From NCBI RefSeq assembly GCF_009914755.1, contig NC_060944.1: a stretch of 64,000 nucleotides of DNA, one strand, 5' to 3'. Source of the DNA: the human T2T-CHM13v2.0 reference genome, Homo sapiens. Shown here in pieces: positions 1-13,350 of this stretch; the stretch's first letter is position 1, and every line of letters starts with the position of its first letter. A program made the translations under genes and the position numbers. The notes under the pieces are model-generated. The model had not been told where the DNA came from, did no database searches, and saw only the letters and a list, made by a program, of their open reading frames with translations.

Positions 1-39
1 ATTTAAAAGTACATTTTAACAAATTAAAAGGAAACCAAT

Positions 40-207
40 TTTAAAATGCAGTTCCTCTATCTCAGTAGCCACATTTCAAGTACCCACTGAGCCCATGAGG
101 CTACCAGCCACCTGAGGCTACCAGGTGCCCGAGGCTACCAGCTGCCGTGCTGGGCAGCACAGACACAACGCTTCCTCATCACAGAATGTTTTATTGGGCA
201 GCGCTTG
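40..207. mobile_element. MER3/MER33-like hAT-Charlie DNA transposon fragment
   Basis: Matches recalled consensus: tagccacatttcaagt...ttttattgggcagcgct terminus. Confidence 0.75.
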
Positions 208-274
208 TCTAAACAGATTAAAAATCAAGAATAAGAGTAACAGATGGAAACCAAAATACTGCACCAGCTAATGC

Positions 275-525
275 ATACAGAGTATTTATTTAATATATGG
301 CCAGGCATTACTCTAAGTGTTTTATATGTGTTAATACATTTAGTTCTCATAACAACCCTGACAGGCAGTTACCATTTTTATCTCATTGGATGGATAGAGA
401 AGTTGAGTCACAAAGAGGTTACATGAACTTGCTGAGGCCACGCAGCGGGTACATGGCCAGCCTGAATTTTAACCCTGTGGCTCTGGAAACAGCACGCGAA
501 ACCTCCGCACTCTACTACCTCTGAC
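275..525 (-). mobile_element. MIR SINE
   Basis: Reverse complement of the MIR core (ccaggcatt...ctcataacaaccctg...gaggttacatgaacttgctgagg). Confidence 0.75.
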
Positions 526-1299
526 TTCTTACAAATAAATGCTCAGTTGGAAGTTGTAGCCCAGATGAGGGTCAATGTGACTTCCTAAAACCATACCCTA
601 GAGTTGGACAGAATTAAACACTTGGTGAAGTTGGTCCTGGTCTGGGGTTGGCCCCCAGCCTCCCTGTCGTGTGCTGGCCCTGGAGTGGCCCCCGTGAGGA
701 CGAGGGACGCTGCACACAGGAGTAGGGGACTCGTGGCTTCCTGTGGGCAGGCTGACCCACCGCAGGGTAAAAGCAATGTGTGAGCCAACCACACCCACTT
801 TGGTTTTCTAAAACTTGCAGCCAGATATTCCTCTCCCTGGGGTGGGATGGAAAGCATCGGACAGAGGGCAGGAGTCTCATCCTCTCTGAGTCCCCTTCAT
901 CTGGAAGGAAATATCAGAAATGGGGAAGAACGGTTTCTCCCGAAAGCTTTGAAAAGAACAAATGAAAAATATAAAGAAAATGTTTTGTGCCTTTGAAAGT
1001 AGACGCCCAATGCATGAATCTTCCTAAACTCTTCAGCTGTCATAGATATGGTTATGAGCAACAGAAACCCAATTAACTTCTCTCAAATGAAAACGAAATT
1101 GATTGTAAGGATACAGGGAAATCCTATAGAACCCAGTGCATGGAGGTAGCATTGCCCTCTTGGAAAGTTGTCAGACAGTGTCTGTCTGCAATCTGCGGTC
1201 TGAGTAATGGCCTCTTCAGAAAGTCTCCTAGCTCCTCCTCCCCCAAACTTCAGGCTCCATGTGAAAATGACCCTAACTCCCACCTCTAGGTTCTCAGCC

Positions 1300-2446
<1,147 letters not shown>

Positions 2447-2949
2447 TACAGCTTCAAAATCCCAAAATCTACAGTTTTTTTGTTTTTGTTTTTGTTTTTT
2501 AATCCCTTAGTCCAGCTCCCATTTGAGAGATTCCTATTGGGTCTCTTGTAGGCATGGTGTACTAGGGTCACCTGGCATGAATGAGGCTTCTGAAGAAGGG
2601 TAGAGCCTTTTCCATGCAATGGGGCAGAAATGCCAGAGCTGAACTGAGCTAAGCTGTGTTATTCCCTCAGCCAGGAGCTGAAATCAGCTCGCATCACTCA
2701 CAGTGTCAAGTCTGTAAAGTCTTCAGCTTGGTCTTGAAGGCCACTCTAATCCAGCCCTCTCCTACCTGTCTCTTCCTTTCTTTCCAATTTAACTGTCTCT
2801 GTGGTCCTTACTCCAGTTTGTGCTCATCTTGAACTTGGTTCATCACTTTTTCCATCTGCCACCTTTTCCTTCTCTAGCCTCATAGAATAAGCTTGCAACT
2901 CTTCATTCTGTCTAATTTGGGGAGTGAAGCAGAAGACTCTTTACTTTGT

Positions 2950-3950
2950 CTAATTTCTTGTATGAAACAGGGATTAACTCTTCCTTAAATGTTTGGTTTT
3001 GGTAGAACTCACCTACAAAACCATCTGGGTCTAGGGCTTTTGAGGAGGGAGAAGAGAAGTCTTTAAATACCATTTTAAAATTTTCTTGAACATACTTTCC
3101 AAGTTATTTTAAAATCCATGTCTGCTAAGTTTATTATCTGGGTCATTTGTGAGTCTCTTTATATATTCTGTTTTTTCCCTTGTTTTTTGGTCAGCTTGGT
3201 AACTTTTGATTGAATATGGGACATAGTGTAAGAAAAATTACAGAGTCTCTGGACTGCATTTTCCTCCAGAGGTGATTGACCCTCTCCTTTGGTGGGAAGC
3301 TAGTCTAGAATGGTCACTTCAATGCAATCAGAGACTGAACTGAATCCACTGTACCTCCACCTCTAGGGTGTCATCCTCCAGGCACCCACCCTGTGATGCT
3401 GTCCAGAACCCATCCTTCTTGGCAGGTCCTGAACTCAACGATTTGCCCCTTCAATACTATAAGGCTGCCCCAAATCATTCCCTGTTTTTCAGGCTATTTC
3501 TTAGGACTCCTGCCATGGGCAGCTTAAGGTCTCAGAAATGCCTCAAGGAGAAACTGCATAGTATTGGGCTCGTTTCTCTGCACCTTCCTTTTTGCGGGGA
3601 TCTTGCCTCAATGCTCTGGCAGCTCAGAACTCCCCTTTTGACTCTTAGCTCTGTGAGACTGCAGGAAGCTCTGCTGGCTTCACTGCCCACAGCAGCTGCC
3701 CTCTGCGTGGCTTCTCAGCCTTTCTACCTCCGCAACTGTTCTCAGGAGAAAACAGAACACAGAAAGTTGGACTCACCTCAACAAACCACCCTTCGTTCTG
3801 AGGTCAAGCGCTGGCTCCTCAGTCACTTTTTAAAGCCTCCAAAAAGATGTTGCTGTTGTTTTAAATTTCATCTGGCTTTTCTAATTGTTCTTGGTGAGTG
3901 CATGGGTCTGCTAGCATCACTTCGTTGTAGCTGGAAGCAGAAGTCCTACC
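2950..3950 (-). mobile_element. Old L1 (L1M) fragments
   Basis: ttggtagaactcacctacaaaaccatctggg resembles antisense L1 ORF2; downstream sequence resembles a degraded L1M 5' region. Confidence 0.45.
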
Positions 3951-4124
3951 ATGTTAATTAAGGAAAAAAATGGTCTCTTCGAGTTATTTCTTCTTATTTC
4001 AATTCTAGCACCTTCTGTTCTTCAGGAAAGCTATCTGTGCTCCAGGTTTTCCTTCCTCTTTGCTACCTACACAGTCTGCTGGTCCTCCAGAGCTCCATCT
4101 GCCCCGCATTTCCTTTGTGAAGCC

Positions 4125-4542
4125 TGTATTAGGCCGTTCTTGCATTGCTATAAAGAAGTACCTGAGACTGGGTAATTTATAAGAAAAGAGGTTTAATTGG
4201 CTCACAGTTACACAAGCTTTATGGGAAGCATGGTGCTGGCATCTCCTTGGCTTCTAGGGAGCCCTCAGGAAACTCCCGATCATGGCAGAAGGTGAAGGGG
4301 AGCCAAGCGTGTCACATGAGGAAACAGGGGCAAGAGGTGGGAGGCAAGGTGCTGAGCATTTTTAAATGACCAGATCTCATGAGAACTCACTGTTATGAGG
4401 ACAGCACCAAGGGATGGTACAAAATCATTCATGAAGAATCCACCCCCATGATCCAATCACCCCCCACCAGGCCTTACCTCCAACAATGGGGATTACAATT
4501 CAACTTGCGATTTGGGTGGAGACAAATACGCAAACTCTATCA
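4125..4542 (-). mobile_element. MST (ERVL-MaLR) LTR, MSTB-like
   Basis: tgtattagg...tatca termini; gagactgggtaatttataagaaaagaggtttaattggctcacag motif. Confidence 0.9.
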
Positions 4543-4689
4543 TCCGGGAATGCTGGACAAAAACCAGTATAGATCATAACACTACAAGGCCTTTGCCTGC
4601 CTATGAACTATACTCGGCTCACAGTCCTTACCCCAGAACTTAGTGCAGGGTCATGTGCTGTGTTGCTTTGTCTTCTCATTATACAACAA

Positions 4690-4900
4690 TGATAATGATG
4701 CTGCTGTTTATAGAGCACTCGTTATGCAATAGAAGCTCTTTTAAGCTCTTTCCACACATTGTCTCTAATCCTCTTAGCAATGTAGGTGCAGTTATTCCCA
4801 TTTTACAGGTGATAAAGTGAAAACTTAGCTCTATTAAAGGAGAGGCCCATAATCCCTCAGCCAGGGGCAGGATCAGCATTTGCAGCCAGGCCTGTGTGAT
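4690..4900 (-). mobile_element. MIR SINE
   Basis: ttattcccattttacaggtgataaagtgaa core. Confidence 0.65.
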
Positions 4901-5876
4901 TTTTTCTCTTAGTATAACAGTGACTGAAATGGATGCAAGGAAGGCCTCACTGGCAAAACTGGTCCGAAGGAATCAGGCCTGTCCAGGAGACAGCCTGTCT
5001 TCATTTATTGGTGAGGTCCTTTTCTAATATGCTTATTCTCCTTTGGAAAGGAGACTTGATTTCAACAAGTGTAAATACAATTCCTGTGAGATAATTTCTC
5101 ATGATAGTTTTAACAGAAAACCCGGGAATCTCCCACCTCCAACATTCTGCTGATCGAGTTAGCAATGATTTCATTTCCAGCTAAGGACGCACTTAGGACT
5201 AGTACAGGTTAAACATGGGCACTGGAGTCAGAAAGACTGACAACGAAAAGTGTTAGGTAAGGAGGAAAAAATCTCAAAAATGAAATTCTGAAAATGTGGA
5301 ACATCATTTTCTTCTGGAATGTGAAAGTTGGAGCGACGCGCGCCACCACATGCTAAGGGGAGGAGTCGGCTGCTGGCTCTGCCTGTCTGCACCCTCCTCC
5401 CTCAGAGGGGAAGGTGAGCATGACCTAACGGCCCAAGGTTCTCACCTCCACACTTCACCTTGACAGCATAAGCTTAAAGAGGTCATTTCTGCAAAAATAT
5501 TCACCACTTCTTGCAAAGGCCTCTCTGAATCCTTTGATATTTAAATGATTCTTTCTTAAGGTGTACATGAGACAGTCTTGGTGAAACATTGACCAGGAAA
5601 GCCACTGACAGGTGGCTGGGGGTGGACCCTGAATGAAGTGGGCAGGGGGCCTGAGGAAGACAGAATTTGGGTGATGAGTGTTTTCAGGACAGGGCTACTG
5701 TAGCTTCTGTGTCTAGCAAGCTTGTGACTGTGGGGCCTGGGGTGTGAATCCTCCAATAGTAAAGACCCTGGTCCTGTAGAAGTGCCACCAGGAACTGGAG
5801 GGAAAGAAAAGGACTTTAGCTGAATCCCATAGGTGGTTGGGGGAAGAAGGCAGGGTGGGGAGAAGCAGAGCCTGGC

Positions 5877-6241
5877 TGTTATGGACTGAATGTTTGTGTT
5901 CCCCAGAAATTTACATGTTGAAGTGTAACTCCTGATGTGAGGGTATTTGGAGGTGGGGCCTCTGAGACGCAATGAGGTCTTGAGGATAGAGCCCTTATGA
6001 ATGGAATGGGATTAGTGCCCTTAGGAGACACAAGAGAAATGATTTTTCTCTCCACTACGCAAGGACACAATGAGAAGGCAGCTGTTTACAGGCCAGAAAG
6101 CAGGTCCTTCACCAGGAACTGAGTTGGCTGGCACCCTGATCTTGGACTTCCCAGCCTCCAGCACTACGAGATACCAATTTCTGCCATCTAAACCACCCAG
6201 TCCATGATAATTTGTCATAGCATCCCAAGCAGACGAAGACA
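5877..6241 (+). mobile_element. MLT1A-like MaLR solo LTR
   Basis: tgttatggactgaatgtttgtgt start, ...gaagaca end, near-TSD ctggc/atggc. Confidence 0.9.
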
Positions 6242-6289
6242 ATGGCGCATTCTTGGGTCAACAGACTTAGGAAAACAAAGAAAAACAAA

Positions 6290-6416
6290 ACAACACAGGA
6301 TGCCCTGTTATATTTTAATTTCAAATACTGCATGGGACATACACTAAAAACATGATTCATTATTTATCTCAAATTCAGACTTACCTGGGCTTCCTGGATT
6401 TGATCTGGCAACCCTA
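6290..6416. mobile_element. MER53 palindromic hAT MITE (partial)
   Basis: acaggatgccctgttatattttaatttc...aaattcagacttacctgggcttcctg...atctggcaacccta. Confidence 0.75.
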
Positions 6417-6840
6417 ATTAGGAAAAGGTGAAAAGCGAGCCCTCTGTCTTTACTGAAATCCCCCACCATGTGTCCAACAGAACGCCCTCCTCCCTTCCTC
6501 CCTGCCTCTCACTCGTGTCTGCTGTTGGTGTGTGTTAAGTGGGGTGTGGGTACGAATCCATCACACTAGTAGCGTCAAGTGATAACATGCTGTGTTTTCA
6601 GCATCAAGCGCGTGTGGGTTGGAATCTTGCCACATAATTCTTCTAATGCCGAAAGGGTATTAATTAATCTCACTTTCCTCATTTGAGTAAAAATGTAAAG
6701 AATTCCTAACTTGCAAGTGTTATTGGTAATAATTGAGGGAAAGTGAGGTTTTTTTGGTCTGGGGTTCTTACAATCATTTAGGTAGTTGTTATTAAATCTC
6801 CCATCTGTCAAGTGCCTCTGACTGCTACAGACTAAAGTGC

Positions 6841-7267
6841 TGCTATGGACTAAGTTGTGTCCCCTACAAAATTCACATATTCAATATTAGAGCCCTGATG
6901 TCCAGTGTGACTATATTTGGAGACAGGATCTTTAGGAGGCATTTAAGGTTAAATGAGGTCTTAAAGGTGGGGAACTAATCTGATAGAATTGGGGTCCTTA
7001 AAAGAGAGGTCGGAGCTCTCACCTGTGCCCCTCACCCCCCCACATGAGCACAGAGAAAGGCCACATGAGGACACAGGGAGGAAGGAGGTGGCTGTCTTCG
7101 AGCCAGAACGTGGGCCCTCATCAGGGACTGAATTGGCTGGCCCCTTGAATTTGGCTGGCACCTTGATCTTGGACTTCCCGGCCTCCAGAACTGTGAGAAA
7201 TAAATTTCAGCTGTTTAAGCCACTCAGTCTGTGGTATTTTGTTGTAACAGCCAAGCAGATTAAGACG
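6841..7267 (+). mobile_element. MLT1B-like MaLR solo LTR
   Basis: tgctatggactaagttgtgtccc start; ttggacttcccggcctccagaactgtgagaaataaattt; near-TSD agtgc/tgtgc. Confidence 0.88.
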
Positions 7268-7446
7268 TGTGCCTTACTCTGTATTAGACACTTGGCGTTC
7301 ACTTTCTTTAATCTCTTCTGATCCTAAACCAGGCTATGATACTCCCATTTTGCAGTGGAGGCTTGGTCACATAAATTTCTTACAGGGGTTGCAGCCTTGT
7401 GGGAGAGGGGTGACAACTGGTGGTCTGTGAGCCACATCACACAGAC

Positions 7447-7729
7447 TTTTTTTTTTTGAGACAGAGCCTTGCTCTGTTGCCCAGGCTGGAGTGCTGTGGC
7501 GCAATCTCAGCTCACTGAAACTTCTGCCTCGCAGGTTCAAGTGACTCTCATGCCCAGTAGCTGGGACTACAGGCATGAGCCACCATGCCCGGCTAATTTT
7601 TGTATTTTTAGTAGAGATGGGGTTTCACCATGTTGGCCAGGCTGGTCTTGAACTCCTGACCTCAAGTGATCCACCCGTCTTGGCCTCCCAAAGTGCTGGG
7701 ATTACAGGCGTGAGCCACCGTGCCTGGCC
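7447..7729 (-). mobile_element. Alu (AluS)
   Basis: Poly-T plus dimeric Alu in reverse complement. Confidence 0.96.
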
Positions 7730-7763
7730 ACACACTGACATTTTTCACAGATTAAAAAAGAAA

Positions 7764-8082
7764 CTCATGTTTGTAATCCCAGCACTTTGAGAAGCTAAGG
7801 CAGAAGGATTGCTCGAACCCAGGAGTTCGAGACCAGCCTAGGCAACACAAGAAGACCCTGTCTCTACAAAAACTTTTTTAAAAAAAATTAGCTGGGTGTG
7901 GTCGCACATGCCTGTGGTCCTAGCTACTCAGGAGGCTGAGGCGGGAGGATTGCTTGAGCCCAGGAGGTCGAGGCTGCAGTGAGCCACGACCGAATCACTG
8001 CACTTCAGCCTGGGCCACAAAGTGAGACCCTGTCACCTACCACCCCCACCCCCCGCCAAAAAAAAAAAAAAGAAAAGAAAAA
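7764..8082 (+). mobile_element. Alu (AluJ-like, slightly 5' truncated)
   Basis: ggattgcttgagcccaggaggtcgaggctgcagtgagc is AluJ-diagnostic; C-rich tract before the poly-A. Confidence 0.95.
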
Positions 8083-8344
8083 ACACTTAAACTGGTTGCC
8101 AACATTGATAAATTTGAAGATTTCATGAAAACTTTTGAGTTTGCAATCCTCTGGACAAGAAATAAAAGCCGCAGTTCCTGTTATTGGTCCCAGAGCCTTG
8201 ATGAAAATTGTAGGTGACAGACCAGTCATTTCATCCCTGCCCTTCTTGCTGGTGGCACTTCCTTGAGGACGCACTTCTACCTGACAACACCAGCTGCCAG
8301 AGCCATTGTTGGGGCACGAGAGCAGAGTGACCAAAGGAGGGGAG

Positions 8345-8515
8345 TCTGGAGGCTGAAGCCTGCACTGGGGTCCCAGCGCTGCCATTTCTGCTGGGTGACT
8401 TGGGCAAGCTCTTTGACCTCACAAGCCTCCCTGTTGAGTGATGATGATAATAATGCAAAGAAAATTAAATAAGTTTGTTGACATACATAAGGTTTAGCAC
8501 CATGCTTAGCAGCAA
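8345..8515 (+). mobile_element. MIR SINE
   Basis: ctgctgggtgacttgggcaagctctttgacctc core. Confidence 0.55.
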
Positions 8516-9762
8516 GGTTACCATGCAGACTCCCACCTGGCACTGAGGCGATGGACGTTCCTAATAAAACAGCTACCCCGCGTTGCCCGCCTCGTGTGCA
8601 AGAGGCCCTGCTCTCCACACTTGCACTCCATCCGTTCCATCTGCACTGCTGGGCAGAAAGGCAGGTGGCGGCAGCCCCATTTCACCAGCTGAAGAACATG
8701 AGTAATTTGTCCCAGGACACAGCTAGGAAGAGCAGGACCCAGGGTTCATGCCCAGGCTCCTCTTCCTGCCCTACATGGTCTCCTGTTTGCAAAATGGAGG
8801 GGCCTAGGGGTAGAGAAAGGGTGTGGTGTCTCCAGCTCTAAAAGTCTATCTGAGTCCTAAGATGCTGCAGAAAAGCTTTGCCTCCCACCTCCCTCACCCT
8901 CATGTCCTGAAGGGCCAGCCTGGGGACAGAAAGCTGCCCGATGGTCACGTATCTGAGGGCTCTCCAACATTTTTCCAGGACAGAAAGGGAGTGATTCTGG
9001 CCCACTCATTTGAGCACACAGCAGAGCTGGCAGCCTCCCTACACAGGTAGTGCGTTTCAGCATCACCCCTGCAACTCATTCTCCCACTCCTTCCCCACCC
9101 TCACCTGCCCCTCCAAACAAGAACGGTGGCTCAATACACAAAGCTTAGATACACAAAGCTTAGATGTGCAGTGGCTTTCTCTCTCTCTCTGTCTCTCTCT
9201 TTTAAGCTTCTGTTTGGAAGCTGTTTTATCACTTCTGGTTCCCTTTCAGAGCACCCAGGAAAGGTTGCTTTTTTAGGGGTGATGGTGTTTTCTCCTGGGA
9301 AATTCGTTTTGCCACCTCTGTACTGTGTGATCTTGAGTAATGAAAAGAACTCCTCAATTCTGGGCAGTGTTTTTCACAGTTCCTGGTACCCTTTCATACA
9401 CATCATCTCATCTCCCAAAACCCTGTGGAGGAGGCAGTATGGTGTGCCCATTTTATAGATGATAAAGCTGAGGTTGGGAGGGGAGAGGTTTTCAGAGTTG
9501 TGGTTTCCAGAGCCCGCGGAGGTGTTTGTGCAAGGTTGATGCTCAGTATTTAAGCACATGGGCCCAGAGAGGGCCAGGGATTTGCATTTGGTCGCACAGC
9601 AGGGTATTATCACCAAACTCTCCAGAGCCAGTCAGCAGGTGATCCTTTCTTTCCCAAACATTGACTTTCTAAGAAAACTTTACTTCCACAAACAGGCTTA
9701 GTCTTAGGTTTGAATTTATCCATATGGTTTGTGTGTGGGTAGCTCTTTCCTTCCCACTGCTG

Positions 9763-9980
9763 CAGGACCGGATTCTCCACCTCATTCATGTTGAGTGGCA
9801 TTTTGGATGGGATCCTTCCTGCTTGTAGGGGCTCTCCTGTGCACTGGAGGAGGTTTAGTGACCCTGACCCATTAGATGCTAGTAGCACCCCGTAGCCCTG
9901 ACAACCCCAAATATCTCCAGACGTTGCCAAATATCAAGGCAGGATAGGGTGAGGGAAAATCCCCCTGGCTGGGAACTGCA
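9763..9980 (+). mobile_element. MER20 hAT DNA transposon
   Basis: tcctgtgcactggaggaggtttag...gacaaccccaaatatctccagacgttgccaaat. Confidence 0.85.
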
Positions 9981-10029
9981 GCATTAGATGACCTCAGTAT
10001 GTGAGGCTGCCAGAACGCACTCCCCAGTC

Positions 10030-10285
10030 TACTGCAGATGGCTGTTAGATTCCTTTCCACTGTGGAATTACAATGGGTGATACTGTGATGACTATCCTTG
10101 TGCAAGTCTTTTGGGGGAATCTAGGCATGCGTTTCTGCCATGTAGGTACCTAGGAGGGAATCACTAGGTCATAGGGTGTGCATAGGTTTGGCTTTATGGG
10201 TTCTGCCACAACATTTTCCCAAGTAGTAGTATCACTTCTCACTCTCCCAGCCACATAGGAGAATTCCAGTTCCTCCCAATCCTCA
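10030..10285 (-). mobile_element. Old L1 (L1ME-like) fragment
   Basis: acctaggagggaatcactaggtcataggg and related antisense L1 ORF2-end motifs. Confidence 0.6.
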
Positions 10286-10629
10286 TGAGTCTTCAATTTG
10301 AACTCTAATTTTTTGAAGGCTGAGGCCCAACTCACTTTATTTTTGTGTTCCCACTGCCTGACATAGTAAATCACAGAAGATACCAGTTGTTAAGTGAGCA
10401 CAGGCATGCATGCTGGCCTTCTGCTTCAATGTCCTACGATCCCGATGTCACAGCACTCGGCTCTCACCATCAGGAGGCAGTTACCCCTCAAGGCCTGCTC
10501 TTTCCCATGTCCCCAGTCCCCAGCAAACGCAGCAGCTCATGAGCTCTGGGGATGAGGCCACGTTTTCACATTCTTGGTGAGTTTCGTATCCTGACACAGC
10601 TGTCAAAGCCAAATGCCATCATTGTGTGA

Positions 10630-11049
<420 letters not shown>

Positions 11050-11234
11050 TAAATGTTATGCATCTTGAAGGCAGGCACTGTGTCCTCCCTGGTTTTTTAA
11101 GCACATGTCTCACCATGGCATCATTGTCATCATTGTTGTTGCTGCGGTAGTCATCACCATGTTGCTCATCTATGACACTTTATATTTTCAGAGTATTTTA
11201 CCACGTTACCTTGTTCAAGCCTCTCAATAAGTCT

Positions 11235-11544
11235 TTTTTATTATCATATATTTTTTAGAGACAGTATCTAGCTCTGTTGCCCAAGCTGGAATGCAGCAGT
11301 ACAATTATAGCTCACTGCAGCCTCAAACTCCTGGGCTCAAGCAGTCCTCTTGCCTCAGCCTCCCAAGTAGCTAGGAACTACAGGTCCGCACCACCATGCC
11401 CAACTAATTTTTGTCCTCTTTTTGTACAGAGAATGTCTTGGACATGTTGTCCAGGCAGGCCTCAAACTTCTAGTCTCAAATGATCCTCCTGCCTCAGCCT
11501 CCCAAAATGCTTTGATTTCAGGAGTGGACCACATTTCCTGACCC
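11235..11544 (-). mobile_element. Alu (AluJ-like)
   Basis: Diverged Alu flanked by TSD caataagtctt. Confidence 0.93.
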
Positions 11545-11922
11545 TTCCAATAAGTCTTGAAACACAGGCAGAGTGGTGAACGTCCCCCTTTTACTGATGA
11601 AGAAATGGAAAGACACTGAGCTAAGACTCAGCCACAGGACAGTACTCATCACTGGCAGAGTCGAGTCCCGTCAACTGCATTAATTCAGATGCTCATGTAG
11701 AAAGTACCATTTTTCAAAACACAAATTCAGATATGTAAAAAACTGACATTTTTTTCCCTACACTTGACTTCAATCTCTCATTCTACCCAAAGATGGAAAT
11801 TTTAATCAAGTCAATGGAGTCATTTCTAGATTTTTTTCTTGGTCATTTCAGGTTTAAGCTCACCATTTTAGATTCCCTCACCCCCACCCCAGGGTGACAC
11901 CTATGTTTGGAAGGGCTCATGT

Positions 11923-12242
11923 TGACACAGCCAAGTATGAAGGGGTCCCCGGAGAAACTCTGGCCTGCACACTGGGAGAATGGGGTGGAGTCACTGAAGT
12001 TCATGCCCTTGGCAGGGGGAGGAGCCTGTCCTCTCCTGTTCCAGGCTGGAGCCTGGGATTCAGCCTGAGAGGCGGGAATCCCATAGCAGGACTCTGACTT
12101 TGCAGAGAGTCCCTGTTTCCCGTTTTTTCCTTTTCGCCCAGTAAACCCTGCCCGTCTCACCCTTCAAAGTGTCTGCAAGCCTAATTTTTCATGGTCGTGT
12201 GACAAGGACCCCATTTTTAGCTAAGGAGAAAGTCCTACAGCA
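11923..12242 (+). mobile_element. MER61-family ERV1 solo LTR
   Basis: tgacacagcc...ggggtccccggagaaactc...ggtcgtgtgacaagg...cctacagca; 4-bp TSD atgt. Confidence 0.85.
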
Positions 12243-13025
12243 ATGTTAGCTGGAGACAGGAAGGAGGGAGAATCTGTTTTCTGCCCTCGGCATTCCTCCC
12301 GGCTGGCTCCAGCAGCTGATGTGTGAGTCCCACTGGACTCTGGTTGATGCACTCTCCCTCCCCCCACAGCCTTGTCTTAGACTGACCCACCCTTATGGTA
12401 CTTCCTTGCTTTCCTCAAGGGCTTGGGAAACTTTCAGATGCCCCCTGGGTCTCTCTGGGGCCACAGAGATAGCAGCTCACAGGCCTGCTGGTGCCGCCAT
12501 ATTGGTAGGGAAGGAAACCTCCAGGGCCTTGCTGGTCGCTTGTGATCATGTCCATAAACTCATCAAGTGGTGTTGCTCTCTCCCTCACCACCAGGTCTTG
12601 GTTGAGAGAGGAAGGGTAGGGGAAATGTCCCCTCAATTGACAACCTTGTTTTTCTCTCTAAATCCCCCTTATCCACTTAGCCTGTGGAACCATGTCATTT
12701 TAAGCTCTATAACATGAATCTTAAAGGTTCTTATTTTTCCTGTATTGAAATATACTGCCTCTTAAATCATCATTCACCCTTCCTAAATGTTATTTATGTT
12801 TATATATTGTTGATGTGTGTGGCATATTATTGTTTAGGACATAAACATTGGCTTCTGCCCTTCCTCTTGATACATTATTATCTCAGTTGAAACTCTAAAG
12901 CCTGTATTTTGAGACTGTCAACCTAAGAATCCTTCCTTTTGACATTGGTTGCTGTGGCCTCTCTTTTCAGAGGCAGAAAGTTCAGTTTGTGCCCCAAATG
13001 GTAGAAAGAATCTCTGGGCAAAAGC

Positions 13026-13350
13026 TGTGGAGTCCTGATAAGTAAGCAACAATGAGGAAGGGTCCCCAGGTTGAGGAGGACCTCAGGTGGGAAAGGACAC
13101 CTGAGATGCTAATCACAAACAACCCAAGGGTACAATGACCTCCTTCTGCATGTAGCCCCTCCCAGCTCCACCCTATAAAACTTCCTTCCAGGCCCTCCCT
13201 CTTTGCAGACAGCTCCTTTGCTGCTGTGCTTCCCGTTGCAATCTTGCAACGTTTTTTCATACTTTCTCTAATAAATCTTTACCTATAACTGCCTTGGTAA
13301 ATTCCTTTACATCCCGTGACACTGGCTCCGGATCCTTGCTATCCTTGACA
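13026..13350 (+). mobile_element. LTR47-like ERVL solo LTR
   Basis: TG...CA termini, perfect 5-bp TSD aaagc, TATA-like ctataaaa and an aataaa signal. Confidence 0.85.

Noticed and set aside
3368-3961. 197-aa ORF
   Set aside because: Non-ATG start, lies in degraded antisense L1-like sequence, and shows no protein-family resemblance.
5877-7267. MLT1 LTR pair as a full MaLR element
   Set aside because: They are different subfamilies with separate TSDs, and the 600-bp spacer contains MER53 rather than MaLR internal sequence.
11923-12242. p53 response element in MER61 (known for some subfamilies)
   Set aside because: No paired RRRCWWGYYY decamers are visible in this copy.
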